Below, piece after piece: positions 28,083 through 37,159 of a stretch of DNA of 64,000 nt. Numbering within the stretch: position 1 is the first letter of the stretch; each line of letters starts with the position of its first letter. The notes beneath the pieces were generated by a model that made no database searches, was not told where the DNA came from, and saw nothing but the letters and a program-made list of their open reading frames with translations. The stretch spans positions 256,295 to 320,294 of the forward strand of contig CAWAOU010000024.1 in assembly GCA_963783675.1 (NCBI GenBank). Reading direction: 5' to 3'. Position numbers and translations under genes: made by a program. The DNA comes from an uncultured Gammaproteobacteria bacterium (GTDB lineage Bacteria > Pseudomonadota > Gammaproteobacteria > Competibacterales > JAHEDQ01).

Positions 28083-29248
28083 TCTCCTCCGACCGACACA
28101 AGCACCTGGAGCACTTTGTTTCCAGCGAGCCGTTCGACCCGCGTTCGGTGGAAGCGCTGACGCCGGAGCAGGAACGATTCTACCTGGCCTCCCAATGGAA
28201 GCTGATGTGGTGGAAGCTCAAGCGACACAAAGTCGCCCTGGTGTCGGGTGCCATACTGTTGCTGATGTATCTGATTGCCGCATTCTGCGAGGTGGTTGCG
28301 CCCTACGAGCTGCAGACGCGGAACTCACAGTATGTGTACTCCCCACCCCAGTCGATCCACCTGTTCCATGACGGCGAGTTCGTGGGCCCCTTCGTCTACG
28401 GTTGGGAGCGGACCTTGAACATGGAGAACCTCAAGCGGGAGTACACAGAGGATCCCTCAAGAGTCTATCCGTTGCGTTTTTTCTGTCAGGGCGATCCCTA
28501 TCGTTTCTGGGGTCTGTTCGAGTCGCAATTCCACCTGGTCTGCCCGGCGGAGGGGGGCATCCTCTATTTGCTGGGCACGGACCGGCTGGGTCGGGACGTG
28601 CTCTCGCGAATCATCTACGGTTCCCGTATCTCGCTGACCATCGGCTTGCTGGGCATCACCGTCAGTTTCACCCTGGGCATCATCATCGGTGGCCTTGCCG
28701 GTTACTACGGTGGCTGGGTGGACAATATTGTCCAGCGCATGATCGAAATCTTGCGTTCTTTTCCGGAGATCCCACTTTGGATGGCGCTGTCCGCGGTACT
28801 GCCGGTTCACTGGAGCCCACTGCTTATCTACTTCGGTATTACCATGATCCTGGCGATCCTGGACTGGACAGGGCTGGCCCGGGCCGTTCGGTCAAAACTG
28901 CTGTCCCTGCGTGAGGAGGACTACTGCACCGCGGCGCAGCTTATGGGCGCCCGACCCAAGCGGGTCATTTTCCGCCATCTTGTGCCTGGATTCATGAGCC
29001 ACCTGATTGCCTCCGCGACCTTGTCCATACCCGCCATGATACTGGGCGAGACGGCACTCAGTTTCCTGGGCTTGGGTTTGAGGCCGCCTATCACAAGTTG
29101 GGGTGTGTTGCTCAACGAAGCGCAAAACATCAACGTAGTGGCGCTCTATCCCTGGCTGATGCTGCCGGTGGTGCCGGTTATCGTCATCATCCTTGCCTTC
29201 AATTTCTTCGGTGACGGGTTGCGGGATGCCGCCGATCCCTACAAGTGA
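28079..29248 (+). CDS. ABC transporter permease (DppC/YejE-like)
   Basis: 4-bp overlap with the preceding permease gene. EDYCTAAQLMGARPKRVIFRHLVP is the typical DppC-type EAA loop. Confidence 0.85.
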   Translation: MISSDRHKHLEHFVSSEPFDPRSVEALTPEQERFYLASQWKLMWWKLKRHKVALVSGAILLLMYLIAAFCEVVAPYELQTRNSQYVYSPPQSIHLFHDGEFVGPFVYGWERTLNMENLKREYTEDPSRVYPLRFFCQGDPYRFWGLFESQFHLVCPAEGGILYLLGTDRLGRDVLSRIIYGSRISLTIGLLGITVSFTLGIIIGGLAGYYGGWVDNIVQRMIEILRSFPEIPLWMALSAVLPVHWSPLLIYFGITMILAILDWTGLARAVRSKLLSLREEDYCTAAQLMGARPKRVIFRHLVPGFMSHLIASATLSIPAMILGETALSFLGLGLRPPITSWGVLLNEAQNINVVALYPWLMLPVVPVIVIILAFNFFGDGLRDAADPYK

Positions 29249-29342
29249 CCTTGACTCGCGGACGCCCGATAGCGGCCGGATCGAAACGGGTGTTTAGGTC
29301 CGGTTAACGTGGAGGGCTCTTTTTTGAGATGGCGGGCAGACG

Positions 29343-29855
29343 TCAACCCACGCGGTAGATGAAGTAGTTCCATTGTCCCGCGTCGTCTGGCAGCGGCAGA
29401 GCTTGCCAGTGTCTGTGTTCCATTGCGCGGTCTGCGATCACAATGGTGCCGGTCTGTGACAGGCTGTGGATCAGCGGTGCGACGGCGCTTGCAAGCCGGC
29501 GGTCGCGTTCGGGTTTTTCCGAACCAATATCGGCATGGACCAGTGCTGCCGGCGGCGGATGGCGCTTGGCGAATGCGGGCAGGGTCTCGAGAAAATCACC
29601 CAATACCAAACGGGCCGCGTCCGGAATGCAATCGGGGGTCGCGTGAACCTCTCTGTCAAATGCGATGATTTCCCGATCGGGCATCTCGCGGCGAAGGTAG
29701 TCATAGGTGCGGCCTTTGCCCAGGCCCAGTTCAAGCACCGGGCCGGGCAGGGTTCGAATCGCCCCGGCAGCAAAGCGGAGACAGGCTCGCTGGGTCAACA
29801 AGCGCTCGATCATGCGGTCCAGGCGGCTCGCGCCCGCGGCCAGCCGTCCGCTCAT
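29343..29855 (-). CDS. Small class I SAM-dependent methyltransferase
   Basis: PGPVLELGLGKGRTYDYLRREMPDREIIAFDR is a glycine-rich motif I followed by an acidic residue. 4-bp overlap with the upstream cNMP-binding gene. Confidence 0.6.
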   Translation of the reverse strand: MSGRLAAGASRLDRMIERLLTQRACLRFAAGAIRTLPGPVLELGLGKGRTYDYLRREMPDREIIAFDREVHATPDCIPDAARLVLGDFLETLPAFAKRHPPPAALVHADIGSEKPERDRRLASAVAPLIHSLSQTGTIVIADRAMEHRHWQALPLPDDAGQWNYFIYRVG

Positions 29856-30337
29856 GGTGCCTCGTGGGTCTTGCCGATCTTTAGTACCTTCAGCTCCGAG
29901 GCGGTGCGCGTCAGCTCAGCGGTTGTGGTTGCAAGGCGCTCGGCCAGAATCCGAATGACCTCCACGGCAACCGCCGGATAACCCGTAACCATCTGCATGA
30001 ACACTTCCTTGCTCACTTTCAGTACCACCAGTCTGCCCCGAGCCTGAACCGTGGCCGTTCGGGGTACATCGCACAGGATGGCGATCTCACCAATCACGTC
30101 GCCGGCGCCACGAGTCGATACATTGACCGGCCCCTGGGGAGAATCCACCAGGATATCGGCCTCCCCTTCGATGATGATGAAGGCGGCATCGCCCAGTTCG
30201 CCTTGGTGGCACAACGTTTCCTCGGTTTCAAACGTCAGCCATTCGCTGGCAAATGCCAGCAATTTGAGCTTGGAGGCGTCCAACTTGGCCAGCAGAGGGA
30301 CGTTTCTGAGCAGTTTGACCTCGGATTCCAGACTCAT
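29852..30337 (-). CDS. Cyclic nucleotide-binding domain protein (stand-alone CAP-family effector domain)
   Basis: GELGDAAFIIIEGEADI...GDVIGEIAILCDVPRTATVQA is a phosphate-binding-cassette-like motif with RTA. There is no DNA-binding HTH after it. Confidence 0.8.
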   Translation of the reverse strand: MSLESEVKLLRNVPLLAKLDASKLKLLAFASEWLTFETEETLCHQGELGDAAFIIIEGEADILVDSPQGPVNVSTRGAGDVIGEIAILCDVPRTATVQARGRLVVLKVSKEVFMQMVTGYPAVAVEVIRILAERLATTTAELTRTASELKVLKIGKTHEAP

Positions 30338-30460
30338 GATCGATTCCTCTCCTTCGCTCAGGCTCTAGGGGATGCCGCGGGGGAGCTGGCGCCGTGTGCT
30401 CCCCTGTGATGTCCGGATCGAAATGCGATGCCCATTGCGTGACCCGATTTTCGCTCCCGG

Positions 30461-33115
30461 TCAACCGGCCTGTAGCAACTTGTTGAGTGCCGAATCGGGT
30501 TTTTCTGCCAGCGTGCTGTATGGACCTTGTTCGACCACGCGGCCGTCCTCGGCCACCAATACATGCTCAAACAGACTGGCAAGCGCCGGCCGGCTCAGGA
30601 CCCAGACCACGCCGTTGCCTGCCCGGTGCTCGAGCAGACGCTCCATGATGCGCTGTTCGGCTCTGGTATCCAGCGCACTTGTGGCGTCGTTTACGATCAG
30701 GATGTTGGGTTGTTTGAGCAGACACCGGGCGATCGCCAGTTTTTGCCGCAGAGTTGCCGACAAACGACCGCCAGCCGTGCCCACAGAATAGTCCAGACCT
30801 ACCCGGGCGATCTGATGGTGCAACGACAAAGCGTCTACGGTTTCCTGCACCATCTGGTTCAGGCGGCTGGCTCCGTGCGCCTTACCGTAGACCCGTTTGC
30901 CAAACAGAATGTTGTCCTGCAATGTCCCAGCCGCGTTGTAGGCTGTGGGATCAAAGAACTCTATCTGCGATTCCAATTCTGGCGGCAGTTGGGCAGCAAA
31001 GGCCGCTCGCGCCTCCAGCAGGCGTGCTTGCAGCGAGTCATCCAGGAGGCCAAGTCGGTGCCGGGCCGGGATCAGCATCAGGGCGAGTGCAAGTAGACGC
31101 GAGCGCTCGTCTTCCGACAGCGTTTCCATGCCCGAGCTGTTGACGCGCCCCAGCAGGAGCTGGAAGTCCGGCAGGTCCTCTGCGCTGATAAACGAGAACT
31201 GTTCAAACAGTTCGTGGCCGGGCGGCAGGTCGGCGAACAGGTCGACCATGGTTTCGGCCACACGCACGCCGATGGCCACCAAATCATCCAGTAGCCCCAT
31301 CTCCCGCAGTACCCGTTGAGTGTACTGGTGAGTGGCGAGTGCCTCGGTTCGCAGACCGCTGCCCCGGGCAGTTCCGAACATCAGGTTTTCGGCCACCGAG
31401 GCATTGAGATTGTAGAGTGCCGGATCGAACGGCTCCACCAGGTCCGAACTGCCGCTTTCCTCCAGGTGCCGGCGGAGTTCATGGCGCGCCTTGAGTATTT
31501 GTTCAGCCAGCATGGGTTGCTGTTTTGGGTCCATGGTGCTGCGCAAACCCAACTGATAAATGTCCGTCTCTGCCTCTACCAGAGCGCAGATATCCAATGC
31601 ACGTCGATCCAGCGCTTCGGAATCCTCTACGCCCGCGGCCGCGTAGTCGATCCAGTCGGCGTTTCGATCATCCAAGCTGTTACCCGCCTCCTGTGCGTTG
31701 CGGATCCATTCTTTTCGTTCAGCGGTATTGCTTTCGTCCGCGGACACGCCGGGCCGCCGTTTCAAGCCGTAGACAAGGTTGTCGCGTACCGAGCCGGCGA
31801 ACATGAAGGCACCTTGGCCGACATAGCCGAAACGGGTGCCCGTCACCGATTCGGGGAGTTTGGCGATGTTGGAGCCCCCTATGCTGATCTGGCCGGCGCT
31901 GGTCATCAGCAATCGCGCCACCAGCCGGCTCAACTCATCCTTGCCGGACCCGTTCAAGCCCAACAGCGCGACCTGTTGGTCGGCCTCGAACTGAAAATTC
32001 GCTCCGTCCACCGTCTTGACCAACTCGTCCTCGGTGAAGCTCACGTTGGATCCCAGTACCTTCCCGCTCAGGACCTGCGGCTGATCCGCCTCATCTTCCA
32101 GCAGGGCTTGTTCAAGCATGTTCGGCGGTTGAAACTGATCGACGATCTGCGTGTACTTGACCCGGATGTCTTCCTTCATTTGGTAGTACTTCAGCAACTC
32201 GGACCAGGGCGAGGCCAGATCTTTGTAAGCCGCCAGTACCGCAACCAGGGCGCCAATGGTCAGATCCCCGCGGATGACGAAAATGCCGCCAACGGAGTAA
32301 AAGAAGAATGGTGTGACCTGGGCCAGAAAATTATTGAGAAACTTTATGAAGAACTTGCGCCGGTAGATCTCGTATCGAATGTCGTAGATCTTGCCGAGAC
32401 GACTGCCGATGTCCGAGCGTTCGTAGCGCGATGTCCCGTGGGCGTGGATCTCGTTCACACCCGAAACCGACTCACCGATTCTATCGGCCAGTTTGCGCAC
32501 CGTCAGCACACGCTGCTTGGCCAGTTGATTGACCCGTTTCTGCAGCTTTGGAATGAGGTAGAGCTGGAATGGGTAGAGCGCTGTCGCCGCTACGCCCAGG
32601 AGCAGATCCTGGTTGTAAATGAAGAACAGGTAGGTGATCAGCATTCCGCCCTGGGTTGCCGGAAGGGCGAAGGAGTCCCCGATAAACCCACCCAAGGGCT
32701 CTGTTTCCGCGGTGACCATGGGGATGATCTCCCCCGGTGATGTACGCTTGAAATGCGGTAACGGAAAACGAAGGATGCGGGTATAGAGCTCGTAGCGCAG
32801 TCGGCGCAACATGCGTTCGCCGACGACGCCCCGATAAACGTTGAGAAAGTACTTTATGGTGCCGTTGACGATGACCAGCGCGAGGAACAGGCAGCACATG
32901 ACCAGCAGGAAACTGATCTGATCCACTGGAAACCCGAAGACCGCGTCGGGAATGTTCTCGCCGCCGATGGCGTTGTTGATGATGATCTTGGGAATCTCGA
33001 GGGAGACGTAGATCAGTGGCATCGAAGCCAGGGTAAAGCCGAGCAGCAGCAACTGGGCCCGAAGACTGTGCTTCAGGATATACCGGTAGATTGATGGCTC
33101 CATCCGGTCCGACAT
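30461..33115 (-). CDS. ABC half-transporter (TMD-NBD) with degenerate ATPase motifs and enlarged NBD
   Basis: N-terminal ~330 aa is an exporter-type transmembrane domain. Walker A-like LGLNGSGKD (aa 385-393). Q-loop GYVGQG (aa ~430). Signature-like LSATLRQKLAIARCLL (aa 785-800). Walker B ILIVNDATSALD (aa 805-816), with Ala where the catalytic Glu is expected. Confidence 0.8.
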   Translation of the reverse strand: MSDRMEPSIYRYILKHSLRAQLLLLGFTLASMPLIYVSLEIPKIIINNAIGGENIPDAVFGFPVDQISFLLVMCCLFLALVIVNGTIKYFLNVYRGVVGERMLRRLRYELYTRILRFPLPHFKRTSPGEIIPMVTAETEPLGGFIGDSFALPATQGGMLITYLFFIYNQDLLLGVAATALYPFQLYLIPKLQKRVNQLAKQRVLTVRKLADRIGESVSGVNEIHAHGTSRYERSDIGSRLGKIYDIRYEIYRRKFFIKFLNNFLAQVTPFFFYSVGGIFVIRGDLTIGALVAVLAAYKDLASPWSELLKYYQMKEDIRVKYTQIVDQFQPPNMLEQALLEDEADQPQVLSGKVLGSNVSFTEDELVKTVDGANFQFEADQQVALLGLNGSGKDELSRLVARLLMTSAGQISIGGSNIAKLPESVTGTRFGYVGQGAFMFAGSVRDNLVYGLKRRPGVSADESNTAERKEWIRNAQEAGNSLDDRNADWIDYAAAGVEDSEALDRRALDICALVEAETDIYQLGLRSTMDPKQQPMLAEQILKARHELRRHLEESGSSDLVEPFDPALYNLNASVAENLMFGTARGSGLRTEALATHQYTQRVLREMGLLDDLVAIGVRVAETMVDLFADLPPGHELFEQFSFISAEDLPDFQLLLGRVNSSGMETLSEDERSRLLALALMLIPARHRLGLLDDSLQARLLEARAAFAAQLPPELESQIEFFDPTAYNAAGTLQDNILFGKRVYGKAHGASRLNQMVQETVDALSLHHQIARVGLDYSVGTAGGRLSATLRQKLAIARCLLKQPNILIVNDATSALDTRAEQRIMERLLEHRAGNGVVWVLSRPALASLFEHVLVAEDGRVVEQGPYSTLAEKPDSALNKLLQAG

Positions 33116-33175
33116 AGGGTTGTGATCGTTCCCGCCTGATGCCCGCGGCCTGACGCTCAGGGCGCGGCCGAATTA

Positions 33176-33203
33176 TTGATATACCTTTGGTGCGCACTAT
33201 AGC
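33176..33203 (+). promoter_or_regulatory. Candidate sigma70 promoter for the GT4 operon
   Basis: TTGATA (33176-33181), 16-nt spacer, TATAGC (33198-33203). About 100 nt upstream of the ATG at 33303. Confidence 0.35.
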
Positions 33204-33302
33204 CTGTCTGCCGGGCTTGTGCTTTGGCCCTGTGGAGCCCAGGCTTGATCTGCGCCCGGCCCATGCCGCACTGTTACGGGTACTCCATTGATCAGCGGTC
33301 CT

Positions 33303-34523
33303 ATGGCGCGCACGGTTGCCTTTGTTCTAAAGGGATACCCAAGGTTGTCGGAGACCTTCATTGCCCAGGAAATTCTGGCTCTGGAACGGCTTGGCCTGGA
33401 TATTCGCCTGATTTCCCTGCGGCGTCCCACCGACGCTGCGGTTCATCCCGTGCATCGGGAGATTCGGGCCCCGGTAAGCTATCTCCCCGAGTATCTCCAT
33501 CAAGCGCCGGTCCGAGTCGTACGCGCATGGTGGCGGGTACGTCATCGGGCCGGTTACACGGCGGCCTTGGCCATCTGGCAACGCGACTGGCGCAGGGATC
33601 GAACCCGAAATCGACTCCGGCGCTGGGGACAGGCTCTGGTGCTGGCGAGCGAGTTACCGGTCGGGGTCGAACACATCCACGCGCATTTCTTGCACACCCC
33701 CGCATCAGTGGCCCGCTATGCGGCCATGATTACGGGCCTGCCCTGGTCAGTCTCCGCCCATGCCAAGGACATCTGGACCAGTCCGGACTGGGAGAAAAGG
33801 GAAAAGCTTTCGGACTGCCAGTGGCTTGTCACCTGCACCCGCACCAACGCGGATCACCTAAGGCGTTTGGCGTCACATCCCGAGCGTGTGGATCTGGTTT
33901 ACCACGGCCTGGATTTCGAGCGTTTTGCGCCCCCTACACCACGGATCGATCCAGCGCTGCCGGTGATTTTGGCGGTGGGTCGCGCGGTCGACAAAAAAGG
34001 CTTTGATGACTTGCTGGCGTCCCTCGCTCGGCTGCCTGCAGAAATGTCATGGCGTTTGGTCCACATTGGCGGTGGGCCGTTGTTGCCGGCGCTCAAGGAA
34101 CGGGCCGAGACGCTGGGATTGTCACCGCACATCGACTGGCGTGGACCGCAGCCCCAGGAGCATGTTCTCCAGGCCTATCGCGACGCCGACGTGTTTGTGC
34201 TTCCCTGCCGGATCAGTGCGGATGGTGATCGGGACGGTCTGCCCAATGTGTTGATGGAGGCGCAAAGTCAAAGACTGGCCTGTGTATCGACAAGCATTTC
34301 CGGTGTTCCGGAGCTCATAGTCCCAGACGAAACCGGTTTGCTTGTTCCGGAGCGTGACGTGGACGCGCTCACCCAGGCATTGGCCCGTTTGCTGCGCGAG
34401 CCGGGCCTGCGCCGGCGACTGGGCGAGGCGGGCTTTCACAGGGTTCATGAGCATTTCTCCCTGCAAAGCGGTGTGCAGCGCCTGGCCATTCACTTCGGTA
34501 TCAAAGCCCGGCTTGCCGCATGA
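33303..34523 (+). CDS. Glycosyltransferase family 4 (WcaL-like)
   Basis: N-terminus MARTVAFVLKGYPRLSETFIAQEILALERLG. C-terminal E-x7-E region GLPNVLMEAQSQRLACVSTSISGVPELI. Confidence 0.8.
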   Translation: MARTVAFVLKGYPRLSETFIAQEILALERLGLDIRLISLRRPTDAAVHPVHREIRAPVSYLPEYLHQAPVRVVRAWWRVRHRAGYTAALAIWQRDWRRDRTRNRLRRWGQALVLASELPVGVEHIHAHFLHTPASVARYAAMITGLPWSVSAHAKDIWTSPDWEKREKLSDCQWLVTCTRTNADHLRRLASHPERVDLVYHGLDFERFAPPTPRIDPALPVILAVGRAVDKKGFDDLLASLARLPAEMSWRLVHIGGGPLLPALKERAETLGLSPHIDWRGPQPQEHVLQAYRDADVFVLPCRISADGDRDGLPNVLMEAQSQRLACVSTSISGVPELIVPDETGLLVPERDVDALTQALARLLREPGLRRRLGEAGFHRVHEHFSLQSGVQRLAIHFGIKARLAA

Positions 34524-35665
34524 AGATCGCATTCTACGCGCCCCTGAAGCCCCCGGATCATCCAACGCCATCCGGTGATCGTTACATGGCCGCGTTGCTG
34601 ATGCGGGCCCTCGAGTATGCCGGCCATCGCGTTTTTCTCGCGTCCCGCTTTCGCAGTCGCGAGGGGCTTGGTGATGCGGTTGCGCAGGTGCACCTGAGGC
34701 GGGTGGGCGCAGCGATTGCCGACGTTTTGATCCGTCGCTGGGAGACCGATACCGCTGCCAGGCCGGATCTTTGGTTTACCTATCATGTCTACCATAAGGC
34801 ACCTGACCGGTTGGGCCCATCGGTTAGCCGGGCCTTAGGCATTCCGTACGTCATTGCAGAGGGATCCCATGCCGCGAAACAGGCCATGGGCCGGTGGTCA
34901 GAAGGGTACCGTGCGGCCCTCGCGGCGCTACAACAGGCCGACGCCCTGATTTCGTTGAATCGGAACGACCAGGTCGGGTTGAAACAGGTGGTCGGCGATA
35001 CCGCGCGTCTGCACTACCTCGCGCCGTTTCTGGACTGCCGTCGCATCCCGACTCTCGATCGGCGGCGCCTGAGACAGCAGCTCGCGGCCTCCGAGGGATT
35101 GCCGACCGATGTGCCCTGGCTGCTGGTGGTGGCGATGATGCGTCCGGGTGACAAGACCGCTTCATATCGACTTCTGGCCAAGTCCCTTCGGCGTTTGCCG
35201 GACGTGTCCTGGCGTCTTGTGGTTATCGGGGACGGCCAGGCACGTGACGCGGTGCTGACAGCCCTGTTGAGTCTGGGCCGAGACCGTACCCGATTTCTAG
35301 GCCGGCGTGACCCCGGCGGCATTGCCGAGTGGCTGCAGGCGGCGGACCTTTTTGTTTGGCCCGCGGTCAACGAAGCCTACGGAATGGCCTTGCTGGAGGC
35401 CCAGGCGGCTGGTTTGCCGGTGGTGGCGGGTGCCTGCGGTGGCGTACCGGATCTTGTGACCGACGGCCAAACCGGATTGCTGGCGCCCGTGGGTGATGTG
35501 GGCGCCTTTGCCGGGGCGATCCGGACGCTACTGTCGGATCCCCTGATGCGCCGCACCATGAGTGCCCGCAGTGCTGCCCGGGTGCGTAGCGGACACTGCT
35601 TGACCCATGCCGCCGACAGACTGCAACGGATACTGAAGCCTTTGTCGGCGCCGCGAACACCATGA
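34520..35665 (+). CDS. Glycosyltransferase family 4
   Basis: ATGA overlap with the preceding glycosyltransferase gene. NEAYGMALLEAQAAGLPVVAGACGGVPDLV is the E-x7-E region. Confidence 0.8.
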   Translation: MKIAFYAPLKPPDHPTPSGDRYMAALLMRALEYAGHRVFLASRFRSREGLGDAVAQVHLRRVGAAIADVLIRRWETDTAARPDLWFTYHVYHKAPDRLGPSVSRALGIPYVIAEGSHAAKQAMGRWSEGYRAALAALQQADALISLNRNDQVGLKQVVGDTARLHYLAPFLDCRRIPTLDRRRLRQQLAASEGLPTDVPWLLVVAMMRPGDKTASYRLLAKSLRRLPDVSWRLVVIGDGQARDAVLTALLSLGRDRTRFLGRRDPGGIAEWLQAADLFVWPAVNEAYGMALLEAQAAGLPVVAGACGGVPDLVTDGQTGLLAPVGDVGAFAGAIRTLLSDPLMRRTMSARSAARVRSGHCLTHAADRLQRILKPLSAPRTP

Positions 35666-36327
35666 CCTGGCTGTTCATGATCCGGCACGGAATCACTGCC
35701 TGGAACGCGGATCGTCGGGTGCAGGGTCACACGGATGTGCCCCTGAGTGACCACGGACGGCAAATCCTGGTCGAGCAATCCGTGCCCCGGGTGTTCGCAC
35801 CATTTCGCGTCGTCAGCAGTCCGCTGCTGCGCGCGCGCCAGACGGCGGAGATGCTGAGTTGCCCGGTTGAGCGTCAGGAGCCAGCGCTGATTGAAATGAG
35901 CTGGGGCGAGTGGGAGGGGCGAACCCTGGATTCGTTGCGTAAGGAGGACGGTGCGCGGATGCGGTTACGGGAGGCCCGGGGACTCGATTTTCAGCCCCCG
36001 GGCGGGGAAAGCCCGCGTCAGGTCCAGGCCCGGTTGTTGCGCTTGTTTCGCCAACTTGCCCGGGACGGTCGCCCGACCATCGCCTTCACCCATAAAGGCG
36101 TCATTCGCGCCGGACTGGCTCTGGCCTGTGATTGGGACATGCTTGGCCGCATGCCGGTTCGTCTGGACTGGCGCCGTGGTCATTTGTTTCGGCTTGGTAT
36201 GGATGGTGCGCCCCAATTGGTGCAGCCGAACATACGGCTGGCACAGGAGGTGCAGGTTCCCGGGCTGCAGACCGACGACAAACCGGCGCAACGGCATGGC
36301 ATCGACGCCGCGGATCGAAACGCGTAG
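35662..36327 (+). CDS. Histidine phosphatase family protein (PGM-like)
   Basis: ATGA overlap with the preceding gene. RHG motif in MIRHGITAWN. SSPLLRARQTAE. Second catalytic His in FTHKGVIRA. Confidence 0.8.
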   Translation: MTWLFMIRHGITAWNADRRVQGHTDVPLSDHGRQILVEQSVPRVFAPFRVVSSPLLRARQTAEMLSCPVERQEPALIEMSWGEWEGRTLDSLRKEDGARMRLREARGLDFQPPGGESPRQVQARLLRLFRQLARDGRPTIAFTHKGVIRAGLALACDWDMLGRMPVRLDWRRGHLFRLGMDGAPQLVQPNIRLAQEVQVPGLQTDDKPAQRHGIDAADRNA

Positions 36328-36399
36328 GGTGTTGTGCGCAGCGCCTTGGGACCTCTGGCCGTGATGGGTGATTGAAGACTGGGTGGCGCGATCGAGCGT

Positions 36400-37035
36400 A
36401 TGAATAGACAGCGTTTCGTCGAACTTTGGCGCCGTTGCCCAATAGGCGATGGCGCCGGTGATCCGTCCGTGGTGTTTGATCAGATCCGGGGCTACTATTC
36501 CGAGGACTGGCGGCGTTACCACACCCCGATGCATCTGGAGCACTGCCTGGACTGCCTCGATCGGGTGCGGCACCTGCTGCTGGAGCCTGACTCGGTGGAA
36601 ATGGCGCTCTGGTTCCACGACGCTATTTACGATACCCGGTCTGACGACAATGAGGAGCGCAGTGCCGATTGGTTTCAGTCCGCGGTGGGCCGCCATGCCG
36701 AGCCGGCCTTTGCTGCCAGGGTTAATGAGCTGATTCTGGTGACCAAACATTGCGAACTTCCGGCGGACAATGACGCCGGTTTCATGGTTGACATAGATCT
36801 GTCCAGTTTCGGATTGCCCTGGGAGCAGTTTCTGGACGACAGCAACAATGTCAGGGACGAATATCAACACCTCTCGGATACCGAGTTCTACCGGGGCCAG
36901 TTGCAGTTCCTTCGCCACTTGCTGGACCGCGCGAGTTTCTTCGCCACCGCGTACTTTCGCGAGCATCACGAGGCCCGTGCCCGGGCCAATTTGAAGCGCA
37001 AAATGGAGGGTCTGGCCAAACTGGGACATGTTTGA
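36400..37035 (+). CDS. HD-superfamily phosphohydrolase-like protein (COG4339-type)
   Basis: YHTPMHLEHCL and WFHDAIYD provide the H...HD metal ligands. Family recalled from memory. Confidence 0.6.
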   Translation: MNRQRFVELWRRCPIGDGAGDPSVVFDQIRGYYSEDWRRYHTPMHLEHCLDCLDRVRHLLLEPDSVEMALWFHDAIYDTRSDDNEERSADWFQSAVGRHAEPAFAARVNELILVTKHCELPADNDAGFMVDIDLSSFGLPWEQFLDDSNNVRDEYQHLSDTEFYRGQLQFLRHLLDRASFFATAYFREHHEARARANLKRKMEGLAKLGHV

Positions 37036-37159
37036 CAGACTTACGGCCTTTAGCGCCTGCAAAAAGCGCTGTTTCCGGGTTCGTCGAGCGGTTGCACTCG
37101 GAACCCCGAGCTTTCACGTCTACTATGCACTTCTTGCTTCCCAAGACAGGGCTTCGGTG

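Noticed and set aside
31316-32740. 474-aa plus-strand ORF inside the ABC half-transporter gene.
   Set aside because: Antisense shadow of 30461..33115, which carries the TMD and ABC motifs. No motifs are present in the plus frame.
35965-37062. 365-aa minus-strand ORF across the histidine phosphatase and HD genes.
   Set aside because: Antisense to two plus-strand genes with RHG and H..HD motifs. It spans their intergenic gap, which real genes rarely do.
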